Assembly (NCBI GenBank): GCA_963741135.1 | Contig: CAVUHC010000004.1 | Location: forward strand, 60,215-124,214 | DNA: 64,000 nt | DNA from: an uncultured Acidobacteriota bacterium | Lineage (GTDB): Bacteria; Acidobacteriota; Vicinamibacteria; Vicinamibacterales; UBA2999 | Direction: 5' to 3' | Shown: piece by piece, positions 35,544 through 42,748 of the stretch | Layout: the number at the start of each line of letters is the position of its first letter | Numbering within the stretch: the first letter of the stretch is position 1 | The notes under the pieces: generated by a model | The model's database searches: none | What the model was told of the DNA's origin: nothing | The model's input: only the letters and a program-made list of their open reading frames with translations | Position numbers and translations under genes: made by a program

Positions 35544-37277
35544 GTGTTGAAGAAGACATTGGCGAAGGTCACAATCGCGGCGGTCGTCCTGGTGGCCGTT
35601 GCTGCCATTACGACAGTTGACGGGCAGGCCCAGAGCCGCACGTCGCGTCGTGGCGGACCGCGCGATTGGTCATCCAGTCGCCTGATCGCGTCGAGCCTCG
35701 GTCCCGACATGGGTGCCAAGATCGATCGCGACTGGCGCACGTACTCGAAGCACGTCCGTCTCGAGCACGCGCGGGCGTTGCGGGACGCGCAGAATCAGCC
35801 TCTGCTCGACTGGTTCAATCTCGTGAAGGAAGTCTTCGGGCCGAAGAAGCCTCAGGATTCCGCCTCGCACCTCGATTGGAATCTGAGAACCGGCGGCTAC
35901 GGCAACGTCGTCGGTGCGCCGGCCAAGTACAACTTCGACATTACGACGGCCAACTGCACCGACGTGATCTACTTCACCGTCGATCAGAACGGCGCGGCCG
36001 CGACACCGAATGTCATCGCGATCACGAACCCGTACGCGGGTTGCCCAGGCAACGCGGCCGGCGCGACGCCGACGGTCAAGTGGGGCATTCGCATGACCAA
36101 TGGCACCGCGACGTCCGCGGTCCCCAGCCTGGACGGTACCGTCCTCTACGTGCTCGAGAACCGGGCCGCTGGCGTTCGCCTCCACGCGATCAACGTCAAC
36201 AACATTACGACGAATCCCGGCACGTACAACTTCAGCACGCAGGTATGGTCGAACGCGCACGTGCTCTCGACGTCGCCCATCGGCACCGCGACGAGCGAAC
36301 AACTCTTCGAGATCACGTTCGCGGGTGTCGTGAACAACGTGGCCTCTCCGTATCTCGACTACAGCGGCAATCAGATCTTCTTTGGAGATTCGACGGGGCG
36401 AATTCGTCACGTCATCAACACGCATCTCGCGACCGCGTCGATTGATTCGACGAACTTCACGAATGCGTGCGGGACCTCGCAGCTGCAGTCCCCGGTGTTC
36501 TACAGCAATCAGGTGATCGTCACGAGTTACAACGGCTACCTCTATCGTTTGAATACTTCCGGGGCGTCACCGTACACCTGCATCAGGTCGGCGCCGGGAG
36601 GAACGGGATCCGGCGTCGCGGGAGCACTCTCACCGCCGATCATCGACGTCACAAACGACCGAATCATCGTGAGCACCAACGACGCCGCCGGGTTTGGCGT
36701 GGCCGGCATCGGCACATTCGATGTGCTGTTTGCCTCGGGTGCGACGACGACCTCGTCGCAGATGCTGGGACCGGGCACGACGACGGCGCCGATCGGGGGC
36801 ACGTTCGACGACGCCTTCTGGTCGACGGACAGTGGAAATTTCTACTCGGTCGGGGCGAGCTCGGGCAGCAACAATACCTATCTGGTTCGTTTCCCGTACA
36901 ACGGCTCGTTCGGCGCCGCATCGGGTTACGCCCAGTTGCATCGCAGCGGCGGCGGCGCTGTCGTCGCCGCCAGCCCGGTCACCGAGTTCCTGACGGCCAG
37001 CTCGCTGGCGAACAAGGATTTCGTATTCGTCGGCGGCGGCGGCGGCACCTATCTGTTCATGAACCGCATCGGCGCGGGCTTTGCCGGAAGCGACGCGGCT
37101 CCGGTGAACATGGCCAATTGGTTCGCAGCACCGGCCGGTGTGATTTCCCAGATCATCATCGACACGAAAACGGCAGCGATGACCGGTGGGACGGCGACCG
37201 CCAACATCTATTACGGCACGATGGGCGTGCCCTCGACGGTGCAGAGCACGATCGTTCAGCTCGCGCAGCAGTTCTAG
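35544..37277 (+). CDS. secreted 577-aa protein, paralog B (tandem duplicate of 33596..35329)
   Basis: Start chosen by homology with copy A (GTG TTG AAG AAG...). Same length, gap-free alignment by eye, roughly 85-90% aa identity. The tracked ORF start at 35439 lies inside the duplicated leader. Confidence 0.7.
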   Translation: MLKKTLAKVTIAAVVLVAVAAITTVDGQAQSRTSRRGGPRDWSSSRLIASSLGPDMGAKIDRDWRTYSKHVRLEHARALRDAQNQPLLDWFNLVKEVFGPKKPQDSASHLDWNLRTGGYGNVVGAPAKYNFDITTANCTDVIYFTVDQNGAAATPNVIAITNPYAGCPGNAAGATPTVKWGIRMTNGTATSAVPSLDGTVLYVLENRAAGVRLHAINVNNITTNPGTYNFSTQVWSNAHVLSTSPIGTATSEQLFEITFAGVVNNVASPYLDYSGNQIFFGDSTGRIRHVINTHLATASIDSTNFTNACGTSQLQSPVFYSNQVIVTSYNGYLYRLNTSGASPYTCIRSAPGGTGSGVAGALSPPIIDVTNDRIIVSTNDAAGFGVAGIGTFDVLFASGATTTSSQMLGPGTTTAPIGGTFDDAFWSTDSGNFYSVGASSGSNNTYLVRFPYNGSFGAASGYAQLHRSGGGAVVAASPVTEFLTASSLANKDFVFVGGGGGTYLFMNRIGAGFAGSDAAPVNMANWFAAPAGVISQIIIDTKTAAMTGGTATANIYYGTMGVPSTVQSTIVQLAQQF

Positions 37278-37325
37278 ATGATGTAGCGTTGCGTGGCTCA
37301 CCTGCGTAACGTATAGTCCAACCGA

Positions 37326-38123
37326 ATGCAAAGCAACCACGGTGTCATCGTCGACGTAGGTGGCGTCGCGGTTGTTCTGCATACGACCGACGGGACGCTC
37401 GTGGATGTCCTGGAACGTCGCTTCCGCCGGTTTCTGAATCCCTCCGCTGAACCGGTATTCCAGTTCGACATCACCGTGGTCCCGTACGGGACATTCGATG
37501 GCGACGCCGATCTCAAGGTTCACGTCCGGAGCAGCCGGTGGATCATGCAGCGCGGCGACTTCCACGCCGAGTGGGATGTCGCGGAACGGCGAGGCCGCAT
37601 CTGGCAGACGCTGAACCCCTACGCCATCGACTCAATCCTGCGCATCGTCCACACGCTCGTTCTGTCGACTGAAGGCGGATTTCTCCTGCATGCGTCCAGC
37701 GCGGTTCGCGATGGTCGCGCCTACCTCTTCACCGGGCCATCTGGCGCCGGAAAGTCGACGATCGTCGGGCTCGCTCCGGACGATGTGACGGTGCTGACAG
37801 ATGAGATCTCGTACTTGCGGCGTACCCCCGAGGGGTATGTCGCGTTCGGCACGCCGTTCGCCGGCGAGTTGAGCGATCTGGGCGAGCCGGTGAGCGCGCC
37901 CGTCGCCGCGCTGTTTCAGCTTGGACGCGGCGACGATAACCGACATGATCGACTCGACACGGCTCACACCGTCCAGACGCTGATGCGAAACATCCTGTTC
38001 TTTGCCGAGGATCGCACGCTCGTCAATCATGTCCTTGATACGGCGTGCGATTTTGCCTCGCGCGTTCCGGCGTACACGCTTCGCTTCGCGCCCGATCAGC
38101 GCGTCTGGAGCACCATCGAATGA
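37326..38123 (+). CDS. HPr-kinase-related P-loop kinase (HprK_C-like)
   Basis: GGFLLHASSAVRDGRAYLFTGPSGAGKSTIVGL is the LHA...G-x-x-G-x-GKS block typical of HprK C-terminal-like kinases found next to PqqD proteins. Confidence 0.7.
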   Translation: MQSNHGVIVDVGGVAVVLHTTDGTLVDVLERRFRRFLNPSAEPVFQFDITVVPYGTFDGDADLKVHVRSSRWIMQRGDFHAEWDVAERRGRIWQTLNPYAIDSILRIVHTLVLSTEGGFLLHASSAVRDGRAYLFTGPSGAGKSTIVGLAPDDVTVLTDEISYLRRTPEGYVAFGTPFAGELSDLGEPVSAPVAALFQLGRGDDNRHDRLDTAHTVQTLMRNILFFAEDRTLVNHVLDTACDFASRVPAYTLRFAPDQRVWSTIE

Positions 38124-38401
38124 GTGTCTTTGTCGTGCGTGGCGCCAAGATTGCGGCGCGGAAGGTCGGCGCGGAGATGGTGATTCTGTCCGCCGAGGAC
38201 TCGAACCTCTTCGTCTTGAACGAAGTTGGCACGACGATTTGGGAGGCGGCCGACGGGCGCACGTCCATCCAGGGCATCGCCGATGCCATGTGTCTCGAGT
38301 ACGACGTCGATCCCGATACGGCGCTGCGAGACGTCGAGGAATTTGTCCAGGCGCTTGCCGCGGCCGGCGTCCTGTCGACACACGATCAGGCCGTCGCATG
38401 A
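38120..38401 (+). CDS. PqqD-family peptide-binding protein (RRE)
   Basis: ATGA overlap start. ...AEMVILSAEDSNLFVLNEVGTTIWEAADGRTSIQGIADAMCLEYDVDPDTALRDVEEFVQALAAAGVL is a canonical PqqD fold sequence. Confidence 0.8.
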   Translation: MSVFVVRGAKIAARKVGAEMVILSAEDSNLFVLNEVGTTIWEAADGRTSIQGIADAMCLEYDVDPDTALRDVEEFVQALAAAGVLSTHDQAVA

Positions 38402-39444
38402 CGGCTCATTTGATGGACCGGGTCCGGGAGCGCGCGATCGCCGAGCGCGTGCCGCTCGCGGTCCACTTCGACCTGACGTACCGCTGCAATGAACGCTGCG
38501 TCCATTGCTATCTCGACCACGAGGATCACGGCGAGATGACGACGGACGAGGTGAAGGACGTCCTCGACCAGCTGGCATCGGCGGGCACACTCTTCCTCAC
38601 CTTCAGCGGCGGGGAATTGTTACTCCGCAAGGACTTCTTCGAACTGCTCGCGTATGCGCGAGGTCTGCAGTTCGACGTGAAGATCAAGACGAACGCGATC
38701 CTGATCAAGGAAGCCGACGCGGTACGCATTCGCGACCTCGGCGTGCGGCAGGTGCAAATCAGCGTCTACTCTCATCGACCGGAAGTGCACGACGCGATCA
38801 CAAAAGTGCGCGGATCACTTGACCGGACGGTTTCTGCGATCCGCTTCCTGACATCCTGCGGGCTGAAGGTGACGATTGCCAACGTGCTGATGCGTCAGAA
38901 CGCGTCGGACTACCACGGCGTGCGCGCGTTGTCCGAGGAGCTTGGGGCCGAGTACACGATGGACCCCACGATTACACCAAAAATGGACGGTGACACGTCG
39001 ATTCTGGCACTCCGCATGCCCGAAACGCAGGTGCTTCATCTCTTCAAGGACCGATCGATCGTTGGCGACGACTTCTGCACGCCACCATCGGCGGACGCGG
39101 ATCCCGAGATGCTCGACGCCGCTCCGTGCAGTGCCGGTCACATCGCTTGCTACATCACGCCGTACGGCGACGTTTACCCGTGTGTCCAGTTTCCCCTGCC
39201 GAGCGGCAATCTCCGGCAGGAGCGGTTCGAACACGTGTGGCGACATTCGCCACAGCTGAACGAGGTGCGCTCGATCCGTATCGGCGATCTCACAACGTGC
39301 CCGAGTTGCAGTTACATGTCGACCTGCACGCGGTGTCCCGGCCTCGCCTACATGGAAGGCAACATGCGAGGCCCCTCATCCGCCGATTGTGAAAAGTCGA
39401 TGCTACGCGCACGAGCAGCGTCCATCGAAGGAGCGTCCGAATGA
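38398..39444 (+). CDS. radical SAM / SPASM-domain peptide-modifying enzyme
   Basis: ATGA overlap start. CxxxCxxC in DLTYRCNERCVHCY. GGE motif FSGGELLL. C-terminal Cys cluster CSAGHIACYITPYGDVYPCVQF...CPSCSYMSTCTRCPGLAY is SPASM-like. Confidence 0.9.
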   Translation: MTAHLMDRVRERAIAERVPLAVHFDLTYRCNERCVHCYLDHEDHGEMTTDEVKDVLDQLASAGTLFLTFSGGELLLRKDFFELLAYARGLQFDVKIKTNAILIKEADAVRIRDLGVRQVQISVYSHRPEVHDAITKVRGSLDRTVSAIRFLTSCGLKVTIANVLMRQNASDYHGVRALSEELGAEYTMDPTITPKMDGDTSILALRMPETQVLHLFKDRSIVGDDFCTPPSADADPEMLDAAPCSAGHIACYITPYGDVYPCVQFPLPSGNLRQERFEHVWRHSPQLNEVRSIRIGDLTTCPSCSYMSTCTRCPGLAYMEGNMRGPSSADCEKSMLRARAASIEGASE

Positions 39445-39626
39445 ACACCCCGAAAAAGCCGATGTCCGGGCCCGCCGACGTACCTGCGGAATCGAAAGGG
39501 CGGACACGCAAGCCGTACGAAAAGCCGGGTTTCGCCCGGGAACAGTTGTTCGAGACGATGGCGCTGGCATGCGGCAAGACCAATCCCGTCACCGGTGCGT
39601 GCCGGGCGGTAAAAAAGAACTCCTGA
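39441..39626 (+). CDS. 61-aa candidate RiPP precursor peptide
   Basis: ATG at 39441 overlaps the radical SAM stop (ATGA). A strong SD, GAAGGAG, lies 7 nt upstream. About 77% G/C at third codon positions by hand count. Sequence: MNTPKKPMSGPADVPAESKGRTRKPYEKPGFAREQLFETMALACGKTNPVTGACRAVKKNS. Charged leader-like N-terminus, C-x9-C core, C-terminal Ser. Confidence 0.55.
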   Translation: MNTPKKPMSGPADVPAESKGRTRKPYEKPGFAREQLFETMALACGKTNPVTGACRAVKKNS

Positions 39627-39643
39627 CAGCGGCGGCGCCCGCA

Positions 39644-40168
39644 TTGGTCGCCGACGTCCTGCGACAGTACGGCCAGCTGCGGCTGCGCGCGCATGGTTGC
39701 AGCATGTTTCCGGTCATCAGGTCCGGCGACGTTCTCTCCATTCGACATTGCACCACGGACGCTGTCCAACCTGGCGATGTCGTCCTGGTGGCGGATGGCG
39801 ACCGCCTGTTTGCTCATCGGCTGATCGAGAAGCGCCTGAGTAACGACGAGTGGCTCCTCGTCACCCGAGGCGATTCACACTGGCGAAACGACCCCCCGAG
39901 GTCCGCGTCGACGCTCCTAGGGCACGTCATGGCCGTATCGAGAAATGGGCTCGCACGGCCTGCGCCGTTTTCTGCGACGATGGCTGAGCGCCTCTACGGA
40001 TTGGCGGCGAGCCAGTCTTTTCGACTTGTGCGGCGCGTTCGTGCACTCCTTCGCGCCATCACCACGTCCGTTGCCTGGGACTCGACGCATCGAATCCCGA
40101 ATCCCGAATCCCGAGCCCCGAATCCAGGGACGTTGTCACGGTGGAGTCTGAAAAACGAGCGGCTTTGA
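39644..40168 (+). CDS. S24/S26-family (SipW/Sec11-like) serine peptidase
   Basis: HGCSMFPVIRSGDVL (the G-x-SM-x-P nucleophile motif), GDVVLV, LFAHRLIEK (the general-base H-R motif of ER/archaeal-type signal peptidases) and LLVTRGDSHWRNDPP (GDN-like box). Start is uncertain: TTG 39644, CTG 39623 or ATG 39569. No TM segment. The C-terminal tail is translated from a heptad repeat. Confidence 0.6.
   Translation: MVADVLRQYGQLRLRAHGCSMFPVIRSGDVLSIRHCTTDAVQPGDVVLVADGDRLFAHRLIEKRLSNDEWLLVTRGDSHWRNDPPRSASTLLGHVMAVSRNGLARPAPFSATMAERLYGLAASQSFRLVRRVRALLRAITTSVAWDSTHRIPNPESRAPNPGTLSRWSLKNERL
40092..40126. repeat. heptad repeat array (GAATCCC variant) inside the 3' end of the peptidase ORF
   Basis: gaatcccgaatcccgaatcccgagccccgaatcc. 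Single arm with no inverted partner nearby. Translated as ...RIPNPESRAPNP. Confidence 0.75.
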
Positions 40169-40752
40169 CCGAGGCGCGACTCCAGGAGCTTGGTGTCTTC
40201 GTGAAGCCGGCCTTCTTCGACAAGGCCGGGTGCGCAACCGTCCGTGCGGCGATGGATCGCGGCCGCGCCGAAGCGGCTGAAATCTATGTCGGCGGCTACG
40301 TGGTCGACGAGAGAATACGGCGGACGTCCGACGTGGCGGTCGACTCCAGGACCGTTCGTGTCGTCGAGGACGCGTTTGCGAACGTACGTGCCGAGGCGTC
40401 GTGCTTCTTCGGGGAGACCTTGAGCGCGGCGGAAGGACCCGGATTCCTCAGATATCTGCCCGGCGGTTTCTACCGCTCGCACCGGGATCGTCTCGATGAG
40501 CCAGGACACGAATTCTCGCGGCGCGTTTCGCTCGTGCTGTTTCTGACAGATGCAGGTCACGGTGTGGGCGATGGCCGATGCGAAGGGGGCTCGTTGCGGT
40601 TGTACGGCGTTGTCGACCCCGCCCAGGAGACCGTACCGCTCGATATTTCACCCGCGGCAGGAACGCTCGTTGCCTTCCGATCGCACCTGCTCCACGAAGT
40701 GCTGCCGGTGACCGACGGCGTGCGAGACGCCATCGTCGACTGGTTTTATTGA
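40141..40752 (+). CDS. 2OG-Fe(II) oxygenase (prolyl-4-hydroxylase-like)
   Basis: YLPGGFYRSHRD (H-x-D), VSLVLFLTD, GGSLRLYG, GTLVAFRSHLLHEVLPV (distal His) and RDAIVDWF. Confidence 0.75.
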   Translation: MESEKRAALTEARLQELGVFVKPAFFDKAGCATVRAAMDRGRAEAAEIYVGGYVVDERIRRTSDVAVDSRTVRVVEDAFANVRAEASCFFGETLSAAEGPGFLRYLPGGFYRSHRDRLDEPGHEFSRRVSLVLFLTDAGHGVGDGRCEGGSLRLYGVVDPAQETVPLDISPAAGTLVAFRSHLLHEVLPVTDGVRDAIVDWFY

Positions 40753-40923
40753 CGGTCCCGCGCCGGCTCTACCGCCCCGAGGACGCCACGGGCATCGAGC
40801 GCAGCGGCACGCAGAGGTGCCTGGACGGTTTGGACCAGTCCGCTGCAGCCGAGCCCCCGTGGACTGTCATGAGCCGCGGTTGCGCCCTCGGTACAATGCG
40901 CCCGTGAATGGGCGACGCACGGG

Positions 40924-42732
40924 GTGCTGACCGTCGGAACCGTAGCGCTCCTCGCTGGAGCATCGTGGACGCTCGGAACGATGGCGTTATCACGACTATC
41001 GTGGCCGGAGCTTCGTACCTACGAACGCGTGTCGCTTCAACTGACCGCCGGCCTCGGCCTGACGGCGCTTCTGCTTTCCATCGCCGCGCTGACCGGATGG
41101 TTCTTCCATGCGACCGCCGTCCTTGGCGTGCTTGCGGCGCTCGGTGGCACGGTCGCGCTACGCCATAACTCCGGCCGGGCGCGCCGCGCCCAATCGGCGC
41201 ATGCACCCCTCGCGCCGCCAATCGACGCGACGTCGATGGCCGTTTTCATTTGCGCCGCGCTGGCCTGCCTCGGCGCCATCGCGCCGGTGACCGACGACGA
41301 CGCGCTGGCGTACGTGGTGCCGATCGCGCGGCATATCGCGGAAACGGGCACGGTGCGCGTGTGGGCGGATCAGGCGCGCTCGATGTGGCCGCAGTCGCAG
41401 GAGGTACTGCTCGCGTACGTGCTGCACGCGGGGAGCGACCGACTCGGCGCGCTCACCGCGTTCGAATGGCTGTTGACGGTCGGCGTCGTGAGCGCGCTCG
41501 CGCGTCGCGTCTGCGAGCGGAGCGAGCACGTAGGCGCGGCGATGATCATCGGCCTCGGTGCGCCCGTCCTGGCGTTTCAGGTGGCATCGGCCAAGGAAGA
41601 TCTGCTGTTGCTGGCGGCGAGCGCCGCGACGGCGTTCTGCCTGGCCGGCCGCGGCGAACGTGCCGAGCTCGCGGCCGCGGGGCTGTTTGCGGGTATCGCT
41701 GCCGGCGCGAAGTATCCCGGCGCGATCATCGCCGCCGCTGCCACTGCGTGGCCCATCATCCGACGACGAGAGCGCCCGTTCAGGGACGCCGCCCTCGTGG
41801 CCGTCTGCGCGGCGGCGACCGGCGGCCTCTGGTACGCGCTGAACCTCTGGCGATACGGCAACCCGGTGGCGCCATTCGTTGGTGGCGCGCCTGGCACGCC
41901 GCTCGATGCCTCCCTCGTCCGCGAATTCATGGACGAGTATGGTGGGGGCAAGAGTCCGCTCGCCTTCTTCCTTGCTCCGGCTCGAATCTTCGTCGAATCC
42001 TCCCTGTTCGGTGGACGCGCGAATCTGTACAACCCGCTTGTCTACGCGGGTCTTGCCGGACTGCTGGTGTCAGCGCAACGACGCCGCAATGGTGCGCTCT
42101 TTTTCATGGCCGCTGTGCTGTACGGGGGATGGTTCGTGACAATCCAGATTGCGCGCCTCCTGCTCCCTGCCGCCGTGCTGCTCGCCCCGGCCGCCGCCGA
42201 TCGACTCGTGCCGCTGATGCAGCGCCGACGGTTGCTGCACGCGCTGGCATGGGGAGCAACGGCGGTGTCACTCGGCGTCGTGGCGGCCGTCGGGGTCGTC
42301 CGCGCCGAGAGGTACATCGAGGATCCAGCGGGCTTTCTGGCGAGCGAAACTCAGAACTATGTCGACGTCCAATGGATGAACGCCCACCTCGATCGCCAGC
42401 ACGACCGTGTCGCATCAGACCACAAAGTCCTCGCCTATCTCGACGTGCCGTCGCTCATCCTCGATCCGACTTATCAGATCGAGATCAGCAACGCGGAGCT
42501 GAACGACGCCGGCCGCTTTCTCGATGCATGCCGGCGCCAGCGGATTACGCACCTATTCGGGAACGTAGACAGCTTTCCAAACGTGCGCGGGCACCTCCGC
42601 ACCATCTATTCGAATCCGTCCTCACGTTTGGGCGGCGTGCGCTTTTTCCGCGAACCGCCGACCGAGTCGACCGCTGTGTTCGAAATCGTGTACGCTCCGG
42701 GCCCCACCGACGCGCGCGCCGGCCATTTCTGA
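40924..42732 (+). CDS. GT-C fold membrane glycosyltransferase (ArnT/PMT_2-like)
   Basis: More than 10 TM segments. First-loop acidic motif APVTDDDALAYVVPIARHIAETG. About 150-aa soluble C-terminal domain. Confidence 0.6.
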   Translation: MLTVGTVALLAGASWTLGTMALSRLSWPELRTYERVSLQLTAGLGLTALLLSIAALTGWFFHATAVLGVLAALGGTVALRHNSGRARRAQSAHAPLAPPIDATSMAVFICAALACLGAIAPVTDDDALAYVVPIARHIAETGTVRVWADQARSMWPQSQEVLLAYVLHAGSDRLGALTAFEWLLTVGVVSALARRVCERSEHVGAAMIIGLGAPVLAFQVASAKEDLLLLAASAATAFCLAGRGERAELAAAGLFAGIAAGAKYPGAIIAAAATAWPIIRRRERPFRDAALVAVCAAATGGLWYALNLWRYGNPVAPFVGGAPGTPLDASLVREFMDEYGGGKSPLAFFLAPARIFVESSLFGGRANLYNPLVYAGLAGLLVSAQRRRNGALFFMAAVLYGGWFVTIQIARLLLPAAVLLAPAAADRLVPLMQRRRLLHALAWGATAVSLGVVAAVGVVRAERYIEDPAGFLASETQNYVDVQWMNAHLDRQHDRVASDHKVLAYLDVPSLILDPTYQIEISNAELNDAGRFLDACRRQRITHLFGNVDSFPNVRGHLRTIYSNPSSRLGGVRFFREPPTESTAVFEIVYAPGPTDARAGHF

Positions 42733-42748
42733 GCACCTCGTCCCTGCT

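Noticed and set aside
39441-39626. Lasso-peptide interpretation of the small ORF
   Set aside because: The last 21 residues contain no Asp or Glu to form the macrolactam. The island has no cyclase or B2 (transglutaminase-like) protease. The YxxP...T spacing does not match the lasso leader consensus.
39389-39643. Upstream part of the 259-aa ORF 39389..40168, which covers the 61-codon ORF in another frame
   Set aside because: Its translation (MKSRCYAHEQRPSKERPNEHPEKADVRARRRTCGIERADTQ...) is Arg-rich and overlaps the rSAM 3' end. The recognisable peptidase sequence starts only after about 39640. The competing 61-codon frame has a strong SD, an ATGA coupling and high GC3. ATG 39569 cannot be fully excluded as the peptidase start.
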